In this document: in pieces, positions 29,276 to 37,539 of the stretch | Layout of the letters: every line of letters begins with the position of its first letter | Numbering within the stretch: position 1 is the first letter of the stretch | DNA from: Phycisphaerae bacterium | Lineage (GTDB): Bacteria; Planctomycetota; Phycisphaerae; UBA1845; Fen-1342 | Assembly (NCBI GenBank): GCA_963675745.2 | Contig: CAXXWX010000019.1 | Coordinates: 160,001 to 224,000, forward strand | Direction: 5' to 3' | DNA: 64,000 nucleotides | Program-made: the position numbers and the translations under genes | The notes under the pieces: generated by a model | The model's input: the letters and a program-made list of their open reading frames with translations, nothing else | What the model was told of the DNA's origin: nothing | The model's database searches: none

Positions 29276-29896
29276 ATGCGAGTTCTCGTGGTCGATGACC
29301 TGCCAGACGTGCTGGAAGAAATAACACGTGAGATTGTATCACGGTCCCCCCTGGGCGATGAAGTGCTCGAGGTGGTGCCAATATCCGACTACAGAGAGGT
29401 GCTGGCGCCTGAGTGGACGCAGTCGTTCGAGTTCCTGATTACTGACATGCGCATGGGCGCGCAGGGATTCGAGGGCCTTGCCGTGATTGAGCATGCTGGG
29501 CGACGCGCCGACGTCGTAATCGTCCTTACGGCCTACGCCAGTATTCCAAACTGCGTGCAGGCAATGCGCGCCGGGGCATGGGACTACATCGAGAAGTCGC
29601 CCGACGACGGGGATCCGTACGAACGCCTGCTTGACTCAATGGCTGCCGGATACGAGCATCGCAGCGAGCACCCGCAGCGCGGGCAGCCCAACCCGGACGA
29701 CGCATGGGTGCAACAGAATCTTGGCCAACTTATGCTCGATTACCCTGGGGAGGTCGTCGCAGTCCTCTACGAGAGCGTCATCGATCACGATCCCAGCTTC
29801 GCGAGGGTCTCGGCTCGCGTCAAGAAACAACACCCGCTTTCCCAGGCGACGTTCGTTGCTATCCCCGACGCACAAGCGGAGGAGGAGGCAATATGA
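29276..29896 (+). CDS. Response regulator receiver fused to DUF5678-like domain
   Basis: VVDD, ITDMRM, LTAY and IEK receiver motifs. C-terminal WVQQNLGQLMLDYPGEVVAV...VIDHD resembles DUF5678. Confidence 0.85.
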   Translation: MRVLVVDDLPDVLEEITREIVSRSPLGDEVLEVVPISDYREVLAPEWTQSFEFLITDMRMGAQGFEGLAVIEHAGRRADVVIVLTAYASIPNCVQAMRAGAWDYIEKSPDDGDPYERLLDSMAAGYEHRSEHPQRGQPNPDDAWVQQNLGQLMLDYPGEVVAVLYESVIDHDPSFARVSARVKKQHPLSQATFVAIPDAQAEEEAI

Positions 29897-30363
29897 ACGC
29901 GATGCAAGGCCCGCCGCCCGGCTGGAACGGTATGACTTTCCAGAACGGCCGGCCTTATGGTGTGGATATCAGGCTCACACCACCATCCAGCCGCCGTCCC
30001 CCATGGATCGCCATTAGAATCGCCCGGGCTGGGACCACCGCTTTCAAGTGGATTCCTGGGAAGCTAGACACCGGCGCAAGCCGGACGGTGCTCACGCTCA
30101 GCGATGCCGAAACGCTCGGCATACGTAGGCCATGCCGGTCCGCGCTGAGCAAGGAGGAACTCCACGCAGCCAACAAGACGAAATTGACGTGTTATTTTCA
30201 TCGCGTAACCCTGCGCGTGGGCGCGAACCAGGGCACTCAGATTCAATTCCCGCTTGTGGTCGGCGTGGCCAAGAAGCTCTCCCACACTCTGTTCGGTTTC
30301 GACTGGACCTGGCATTGCTGCCTCGCAATCGATGCCACTTCCGTGCACTTGTTGCGGAACTGA
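29893..30363 (+). CDS. Retropepsin-like (clan AA) aspartyl protease
   Basis: LDTGASRTVL catalytic motif, AETLGI, TLFGFD. ATGA overlap with the upstream stop and a GGAGG RBS. Confidence 0.82.
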   Translation: MNAMQGPPPGWNGMTFQNGRPYGVDIRLTPPSSRRPPWIAIRIARAGTTAFKWIPGKLDTGASRTVLTLSDAETLGIRRPCRSALSKEELHAANKTKLTCYFHRVTLRVGANQGTQIQFPLVVGVAKKLSHTLFGFDWTWHCCLAIDATSVHLLRN

Positions 30364-30618
30364 AAAGAGGTTGCCAGGAGTGGTCAGAACGGCACGTCTT
30401 GCTGCGCCCGACATGCCCTTCCAGATTGCTTCGCCCACCGGGTTCGCACTCCGCCGCCGCGGGATGCAACGGCTGGATCCCCCCCAAAGCGGCCGCTTTT
30501 TCACCCGGCGTAATTGCGATAAGATGCTCGCTTGCCGGCGATAGCGCGGGCGCGGTGGGAAGGGATTGGAGCCTTCACCGACCCGGCGCCGTTGTCGATC
30601 CACTTGCCAGGTACGCAT

Positions 30619-33600
30619 ATGGCACCAGATTTGCTCGACACTCAGGTGGAAGCTCTCACGCAACAACTTGGACGCGACATGTTTGCCCGCATGCGCGCGC
30701 TCGCTGCCGGCCCCCTTCAGTACGAATGGTGGGAAGAGCAGATGATGCAGCAGTTCATGCAGTACGAGTGGCTCAAGGTCCAGGCCTTTCGCTTCATCGA
30801 CGCGCTGCCGACTCTGCACGACGATGTCGAGGTCGCCCGGCACATGCGCGAGTATTTCGTGCATCCCAGCCACCGTGCGCGCGGCGGCGACCATAACGGC
30901 CACAACGGCGAGGCCGCCGCCGCCCTGGCGGAATTGCAGCCCCGGCGGTTTGAGGCGGCACTCTACGGGCTCGTCTCGCGGCTGATGGACTTTCACGAGC
31001 TTGACGGCTTGCGCGCCCGCTTCTTCGTGAACTTCTCGCGCTGGTCGACGCGCATGATGGCCGGGGGTTTCATCGCCGGCTCGAATATCACACAAGCCGT
31101 GCGGGCCATCCGCACGATGCGCGCGGGCCAATTGGCGTTCACGATTGATGTGCTCGGCGAGGCCGCCGTCTCGGGCATCGAGGCCGAGCAATACCAGCAG
31201 ACGTATCTGAACCTGATCGCCGAACTGCCCAAGCGCGCCGCCGAGTGGCCCGAGGTGCCGCTGGTGGATTGTGCCGACGGAGAGCCGATCCCGCGCGTCA
31301 ACGTGTCGGTCAAGGTCACTTCGCTCTACCCCGGTTTTGATGCGCTCGCGGGCCAGGCCGGCATCGACCGTGGTAAGGAGCTGCTGCGGCCGCTGCTGCG
31401 CAAAGCCATGGAAGGCGGTGTGCATCTGCACATCGACATGGAACACTACGCCATAAAGAACCTCACGCTCGACCTTTGTGAGCAGCTCTTCATGGAGGAC
31501 GAGTTCCGCGGCTATCCCCACTTCGGCATCGTGCTACAGGCGTATCTCAAGGACGGTGACGAAGACGCCCGGCGGACCGTCGAATACGCCAAGCGGCGCG
31601 GCACGCCCCTCTGGGTGCGGCTGGTCAAGGGGGCCTATTGGGACTCCGAGACCGTCTGGGCCCGGCAACGCGGGTGGCCGTGCCCGGTCTGGGAACAGAA
31701 ATGGCAGTCGGATGCCTGCTTCGAGCGCATGACGCGCGTGTTGCTGGAGAATCACGAGCACGTCTACAGCGCGTTCGCCAGTCACAACATCCGCAGCCTG
31801 TGCCACGCCCGCGCGCTGAAACAGTTGCTCGGGGTTCCACAGCGGGCGTTTGAGTGGCAGATGCTGTACGGCATGGGCGACGCGATGAAGCGCGCCGCCG
31901 TCCAGCTTGGCGAACGCTGCCGGGTGTACACGCCGTTCGGTGAGCTGATGCCGGGCATGGCGTATTTCATCCGCCGCCTGCTGGAAAACACCGCCAACGA
32001 GTCGTTCTTGCGGCACAGCGCGGATGAAGCGGAAGAGCCGCTGTTGCTGGAGAATCCCGAGGCCACCGGTCGGTACACGACCCCGCCCGAGCCCCCCCGC
32101 TTTGCCCGCTTCGAGTTCGAGGAACCGATTATGGAGCCGTTTGAGAACGTACCTAACACCGATTTCGCGCTCGATGAAAACCGCCGAGCCATGCTGGCCG
32201 CCCTCGGCCGGGTGCGGGCCGAGATGGGTGGCGCGTATCCACTGGTCATCGGGGGAACGCCGCTCACAACCGGTGCGAAACATGATTCTGTGAACCCGTC
32301 GCGTCCCAGCGAGATCATCGGCAGCGTTGCCCAGGCCGGCGGTGCGGAGGTTGATCGGGCGGTCAGCGCCGCCGCGGAGGCCTTCGACTTCTGGCGGCGC
32401 ACGAACGCGGGCGAGCGTGCGGATCTGCTGCGCCGGGCCGGTACCCTGATCGCCGAACGTCGCTTCGAGCTGGCCGCGCTGGCCGCGCTGGAGTGTGGCA
32501 AGCCCTGGCGCGATGCCGACGCCGACATCTCCGAAGCCATCGACTACTGCCACTACCATGCGGCCGAAATTGTCCGCATGACCGACAACATTCGGCGACG
32601 CGACATTGCCGGCGAGCTCAACGAGTATTACCACACGCCCCGTGGGGTGGTGGCGGTGATGAGCCACTGGAACTTCCCGCTGGCGATTGCGACGTGCCAG
32701 ATCAGCGCGGCTCTCGTGACGGGCAACACGGTCGTGTTCAAGCCGGCCAATCCCGCCGCCGTGATGGGGGCGCGGCTCGTGGCGATCTTTGAAGAGGCCG
32801 GTCTTCCCGCGGGCGTGTTGAACTTCGTGCCGGGCAGCGATGAGGAGGCCGGCGAAGCACTCGCGTTTCATCCGGGTGTGGCAACAGTCGCCTGCACCGG
32901 GCCGCTGGTCAGTGGTACGCGTCTGCACGAGATCGCCGCCGGCGCCAGGACGACTCCGCCGGGCTTCAAGAAGTTCATCATGGAGTTGGGCGGCAAGAAC
33001 GCGATTATCATCGATTCCGACGCCGATCTCGACGAGGCCATCAAGGGGCTGCTCGAGAGCGCGTTTGCCTACGCGGGGCAGAAGTGCTCGGCGTGTTCGC
33101 GCGCGATTGTGGTCGGTTCGACCTACGACCGCCTGATGGAGCGCTTTGTCGAAGCCGCGCGTTCGAAGGGGGTGGGCCCCGCGGATGAGCCGACCACCGC
33201 CATCCCGCCGGTGATTGACAAGGCCGCGTTCGAGCGCATTCGCGAGTACATAAAGGTGGGTAAGGCCGACGGCACGTGCGTGCTCGAGACCGACACGGCG
33301 GCGCGGATCGACGCGAGTGGTGGCGGGTATTACATCGCGCCGACCATCTTCACGAACATCGCGCCGAGCTCACGCCTGGCGCGCGAGGAGATCTTCGGCC
33401 CCGTGCTGGTCGTCTTCCGGGCGCTGGATTTCGACGAGGCGATCAGGCTGTTCAACAACTGCGACTACGCACTCACCGGCGGCATTTACTCGCGCAGTCC
33501 GGCCAACATCGACAAGGCGCGCGATGAATGCCAGTGCGGCAATTTCTACATCAACCGCGTCATCACCGGCGCCAAGGTTGATCTCCAGCCCTTTGGTGGC

Positions 33601-33738
33601 TTCAAATCATCCGGGATCGACAGCAAGGTTGGCGGCCCCGACTATCTGATTCAGTTCTGCCAGCCGCGAACCGTCACGGAGAACACGCTGCGCCGCGGTT
33701 TCGCTCCGAGCGAGGAAGTCCAGGAAGCCATCGGCTAG
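30619..33738 (+). CDS. putA: Bifunctional proline dehydrogenase / P5C dehydrogenase
   Basis: DVLGE, IDME, VRLVKGAYWD, ASHN, RRLLENTANESF, then WNFP, ELGGKNA, GQKCSA, EEIFGPV, QPFGG. Confidence 0.95.
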   Translation: MAPDLLDTQVEALTQQLGRDMFARMRALAAGPLQYEWWEEQMMQQFMQYEWLKVQAFRFIDALPTLHDDVEVARHMREYFVHPSHRARGGDHNGHNGEAAAALAELQPRRFEAALYGLVSRLMDFHELDGLRARFFVNFSRWSTRMMAGGFIAGSNITQAVRAIRTMRAGQLAFTIDVLGEAAVSGIEAEQYQQTYLNLIAELPKRAAEWPEVPLVDCADGEPIPRVNVSVKVTSLYPGFDALAGQAGIDRGKELLRPLLRKAMEGGVHLHIDMEHYAIKNLTLDLCEQLFMEDEFRGYPHFGIVLQAYLKDGDEDARRTVEYAKRRGTPLWVRLVKGAYWDSETVWARQRGWPCPVWEQKWQSDACFERMTRVLLENHEHVYSAFASHNIRSLCHARALKQLLGVPQRAFEWQMLYGMGDAMKRAAVQLGERCRVYTPFGELMPGMAYFIRRLLENTANESFLRHSADEAEEPLLLENPEATGRYTTPPEPPRFARFEFEEPIMEPFENVPNTDFALDENRRAMLAALGRVRAEMGGAYPLVIGGTPLTTGAKHDSVNPSRPSEIIGSVAQAGGAEVDRAVSAAAEAFDFWRRTNAGERADLLRRAGTLIAERRFELAALAALECGKPWRDADADISEAIDYCHYHAAEIVRMTDNIRRRDIAGELNEYYHTPRGVVAVMSHWNFPLAIATCQISAALVTGNTVVFKPANPAAVMGARLVAIFEEAGLPAGVLNFVPGSDEEAGEALAFHPGVATVACTGPLVSGTRLHEIAAGARTTPPGFKKFIMELGGKNAIIIDSDADLDEAIKGLLESAFAYAGQKCSACSRAIVVGSTYDRLMERFVEAARSKGVGPADEPTTAIPPVIDKAAFERIREYIKVGKADGTCVLETDTAARIDASGGGYYIAPTIFTNIAPSSRLAREEIFGPVLVVFRALDFDEAIRLFNNCDYALTGGIYSRSPANIDKARDECQCGNFYINRVITGAKVDLQPFGGFKSSGIDSKVGGPDYLIQFCQPRTVTENTLRRGFAPSEEVQEAIG

Positions 33739-33928
33739 CGCGCCTTCAGAAACGGTCCGGCGTGCCACTGCGCTTGGGTGGTGCGGCATCCGAGCTGCTC
33801 GCGGCGCGAACCGGTGATTTGCCTTGTCCGGGTTCCTGCCAAGCAGTACGCTATCAGTTGTGCGCGTCGGCCCCGAACTCCGGCAGGTTGCAGCACGATA
33901 CACGCTCATCGGGACAGGAGAACAAGCC

Positions 33929-35947
33929 ATGTCACCCATCACCAGGCTCTGTCGTTTTTCGGTATGTGCCGCCGCGCTTATGTTCAGCGCCACATCGGGG
34001 AATGCTGTCGCCGATTGGCACGAACTCGACATCGTTTATACGCAGACCATCACGGCCATCGTAACTCCGGATGAATTTCAAAGCTGGGCCGATGGCGTGC
34101 GCGTGCAGACCGTTGGCGAGTTCACGGCCAGCGCCGACGGATCGCGGATTGCGTTCATCGTCGCCTTCTACACGGGCGGAGCCGGAGGCGATCCGCATCT
34201 GTACGTGGCCAATGGTGACGGATCGGGGCTAACCGATTTGACCGGCAGCATTCATGCCGACGCCGATTCCACGCCGCGCCACCTGAGGCTGAACGACGAT
34301 GGCTCGCGCCTGTTCTTCCTTGCGAATGACGACGACCATGACGGAACCACGTGCTTTTACTTTGATTTGGCCACCGGCGTGTGCCATGTGGCGTGCCACG
34401 GTATGGACGGGCTCGGCTACAAGAAGGACTATGTACTGAACGCCGCCGGCACGCGTGTGTACTTTCGATACGACGGCGGCAGTGACATCAATGAGCGCGG
34501 GCTTTACTACTCGAATGTGCCGGGAGATCCGGCCCCATACATGCCGCTTTCCGCGGTCACGGACGTGAACGACGTCTACCGCATCGATCTTGTCGGCGGC
34601 GCGCCCGATGCGGGCAAGCTGCTGTTCGTCTTCGGAGGCTGGGGCACGGGCGGTGGGTCGCTCAGCGATCCGCGCACCATGTGGGTTGCGAATTCAGACG
34701 GTACGGCCACACAGACGCCGGCTGAGGAGCACAGCTACATCTGGGACAAGGATCCGTTTGAATACAGGCTGATGAGCCAGGACGGCCAGTATGCGCTTTA
34801 CTACACAAAGGACTGGATCGATGGCGGGGACACACTCCACGGCCTGCACGTGATCGACACCGAGTCCGGCGCGAAGCACACGATCGACGAAGGCGCTACC
34901 TACGATCCAGCCATGCTGTCTCCCGATGGTGAGTTGCTCCTTGTACGCGGTGGGCAATACAGCATGGCGCTCGTCGATTGGCAGGCCGGCACAGCGCGCG
35001 ATACTTACTTTCCCGGCATTGGCATCAGTTATTCCAACGTCAGTAACCTGACATACGACGCCAAACACTACTTCATCGCCGGCCGCACCGATCCAGAGCA
35101 GGTGCCCAAAGACGCCTTCATCTACCGCGTCGATCTGGTCGACCCCGACTACTCCATGGCCCCGAAGATCGAGAAGATCGAGCTGAGCGATCGCGGGCTG
35201 CTGCTCGCCGATCCGGTGCCCGAATACACGGTTCGCGCCACGGTCAGCGACGCACAGGGTGATGCGACAGTTGTCTGGGTCGGCCAGGACGACCTGATGG
35301 ACGGGCTCTCGCAGTTCAACGGTATCTCCAAGGGCCCGATCCGCTACTTGTCGGAGTTGAAAGACGATGCCACGGACGGCGATGCGCTGGCCGGGGACAG
35401 CGTGTACACGTATGACACGGTCCGCGTGCGCGACTCGAGTGATTTCTTTGACCAGTTCACGCTGCCATACAACATCAGCTATCGTATCATCGCCAAGGAT
35501 GCCGACGGCAACTTCGGCCTTGCCGATGCAAGGCTCTTGATTACCGACGATCCCGCCGACCTGGATGCGGCACCGGCCGATCCCAATGATGTTGATCCGA
35601 ACGATGCCGACCCGAACGATGCCGACCCGAACGATGCGGACCCGAACGATGCGGACCCGAACGACGTGGATCCGAATGATGCTGATCCCAATGACGCGGA
35701 TCCGAACGACGCCGATCCCAACGATGCGGACCCGAACAGTGCTGATCCCAATGATGCCGATCCGAATAGTGCGCAACCCGACGGGTCAGCCGATCCCAAC
35801 GGCGGGATGGCTGGTGATTTTCCGAACGCTGTTCCCTCGGGCTGCCCGGGCGGCGCGTGCGGCGGTGGCCTGTATGCGTTTATACCGCTGACGATCGCCT
35901 GCCTGTTTGCCGCCAGACTCGAGGCCCGGCGCCGTCGGAAGCACTGA
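33929..35947 (+). CDS. Secreted TolB-like beta-propeller protein with DPN-repeat stalk and Cys/Gly-TM-basic C-terminal anchor
   Basis: Signal peptide, SADGSRIAF/SPDGE blades, LKDDATDGDALAGDSVYT motif, 13 DPNxx repeats, and GCPGGACGGGLYAFIPLTIACLFAARLEARRRRKH. Confidence 0.85.
   Translation: MSPITRLCRFSVCAAALMFSATSGNAVADWHELDIVYTQTITAIVTPDEFQSWADGVRVQTVGEFTASADGSRIAFIVAFYTGGAGGDPHLYVANGDGSGLTDLTGSIHADADSTPRHLRLNDDGSRLFFLANDDDHDGTTCFYFDLATGVCHVACHGMDGLGYKKDYVLNAAGTRVYFRYDGGSDINERGLYYSNVPGDPAPYMPLSAVTDVNDVYRIDLVGGAPDAGKLLFVFGGWGTGGGSLSDPRTMWVANSDGTATQTPAEEHSYIWDKDPFEYRLMSQDGQYALYYTKDWIDGGDTLHGLHVIDTESGAKHTIDEGATYDPAMLSPDGELLLVRGGQYSMALVDWQAGTARDTYFPGIGISYSNVSNLTYDAKHYFIAGRTDPEQVPKDAFIYRVDLVDPDYSMAPKIEKIELSDRGLLLADPVPEYTVRATVSDAQGDATVVWVGQDDLMDGLSQFNGISKGPIRYLSELKDDATDGDALAGDSVYTYDTVRVRDSSDFFDQFTLPYNISYRIIAKDADGNFGLADARLLITDDPADLDAAPADPNDVDPNDADPNDADPNDADPNDADPNDVDPNDADPNDADPNDADPNDADPNSADPNDADPNSAQPDGSADPNGGMAGDFPNAVPSGCPGGACGGGLYAFIPLTIACLFAARLEARRRRKH
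35579..35773 (+). repeat. 13 x 15-bp coding tandem repeat (DPN[D/S][A/V])
   Basis: GAYCCSAAY-GAY/AGT-GYN units with synonymous variation. Confidence 0.95.
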
Positions 35948-36003
35948 TACCCACGGTGCGCCGTAGCGTCCGCCCCCATGGCGGACGCGGGCTGCCGAGA
36001 GCG

Positions 36004-36119
36004 GCTGGTGCGAGATTCCCATCTCGCACCCGAAGCCTGCGGGAATCCTCTCCTGCATCCGCCGCCCGCGGGAACGGATTCCCGCAGAGGAAGGTGCGAG
36101 ATAGGAATCTCGCACCAGC
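36004..36119. repeat. Nested palindromic REP-doublet-like element between convergent genes
   Basis: Two inverted copies of the self-complementary GGTGCGAGATTCC(C/T)ATCTCGCACC flank an inner pair CTGCGGGAATCC/GGATTCCCGCAG. Confidence 0.8.
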
Positions 36120-36171
36120 ACGCCCCTCGGCTGCCACAGGGGGCAGCCGCTATGAGATGCGGGGGTGGTTG

Positions 36172-37383
36172 TTACGGAACGATATAGCCATTGGGGTAAT
36201 CCAGCATCCCGTTGGAAGCGTTCTCCAGGACCGAACCACTGGGATACCACAGCTCGATCTCGCGCGACTGGCGATCCGTCAGCAGTTCAACATGCCCGTC
36301 GAACATCAGCGTTCTGATGCCGCCGCTGTTGTCCTGTGCCGTGCTCGGCGGTTCATCGGAGCCGGGCGTAGCGCCGTGCACTGCCGTCAAGGGCGGCTTG
36401 GGGCCGGGGATCGTCTTGAGGATGTGGCGATACGAGTACTGCAAGTTCCATCCGTCCGACGGGCTTCCATACGTGATTAGCGTGCCGTCCCAGTTGCACG
36501 ATCCTTCCGCCACGCCGTATGCGGTCGTGCCTGCCCACCATGCCCCCATGGCTGTGAACGCGCCGAAAACAGCTGAAAAGGGATCGCAGTCGTGATCGAT
36601 GAAACCGCCGGGGTCGACGACAAAACGCGTGCCATCGGCAATGAAGACCTTTCGCCCCGCCGGCCCGACCTGGTCCAGCCGAGATCGGTAGTCGCTGGGG
36701 CTGCTGACATTCCAGTTGTCAAGCGCACGCTTGGGGGTCACCGACTGAGGGATCCACTCCATCGTGGCGAGTTCCTCTCCCGCATAATCGTCTCCCCACA
36801 ATCCGAAATACGCGGGCATGAGATAGCTGCACGCCGGCCACGGATTCTGATGTATGAGCGCGTTACGGTCCGGCAAGCTGCCCGTAATGTACGGCACGGA
36901 CATCCACGGATTCTGCGGGCAGCGGTAGTTCGTCCACAACGCGTACCAACGTTCCGCGCGGATCTCCGGCAGGGGCGTCACTTCGGCGTCGTACATGGCC
37001 AGCGGAGTCATCCAATCGTAGGTCTGCACCGGGAGATTGCTCTCGTTGAGTTCGTTGGGATCCGCGTGCCACGAGAACAGTTTCACCGACACCGCCACGC
37101 CGCTCGTGTTGACGCCCGGGATGTAATCGTCGTTGTCCAGTGCGTACATCTGCAAGCCGATACCGAAGCGCTGGAGGATGGTGGCACAGGTGGCCGCCAT
37201 CACGCGCGCGCGTGTCGCCCGCATGGCCGCCGGTAGCAGTGTCACCATAAGCAGCAGCATGCCCAGCGTCAGCCCCAGTTCCGCGCGCGTCAACGCGCGC
37301 CGTCGCCGGCCACGGCATGATAGGTTCGCGGCGTTCCCCTGGTTTTCCGCTGCGTGATAATCGCTCAGATGTGTCATTGACAT
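36172..37383 (-). CDS. Divergent prepilin/DUF1559-like protein
   Basis: RRALTRAELGLTLGMLLLMVTLLPAAMRATR...CATILQRFGIGLQMYALDNDDYIP, YRCP, YRH...LMFDGHVE. Confidence 0.78.
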   Translation of the reverse strand: MSMTHLSDYHAAENQGNAANLSCRGRRRRALTRAELGLTLGMLLLMVTLLPAAMRATRARVMAATCATILQRFGIGLQMYALDNDDYIPGVNTSGVAVSVKLFSWHADPNELNESNLPVQTYDWMTPLAMYDAEVTPLPEIRAERWYALWTNYRCPQNPWMSVPYITGSLPDRNALIHQNPWPACSYLMPAYFGLWGDDYAGEELATMEWIPQSVTPKRALDNWNVSSPSDYRSRLDQVGPAGRKVFIADGTRFVVDPGGFIDHDCDPFSAVFGAFTAMGAWWAGTTAYGVAEGSCNWDGTLITYGSPSDGWNLQYSYRHILKTIPGPKPPLTAVHGATPGSDEPPSTAQDNSGGIRTLMFDGHVELLTDRQSREIELWYPSGSVLENASNGMLDYPNGYIVP

Positions 37384-37539
37384 GGTCTATCCCCTTTTTG
37401 CCCACGCCATGATGTCCGGCACGCCGCACAGCGGTGCCCGGTTCAACATCAGTATAACGCGCGGCCAGTGGCTCCCCAAGATCTGGGTGCACTAACGAAG
37501 GTCGCGCGGCATATTTTCGTCGGGCTTGGAGGTCCGACG

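Noticed and set aside
35579..35773. Regular repeat as a CRISPR array
   Set aside because: In-frame 15-bp coding repeat with no spacers and no cas genes.
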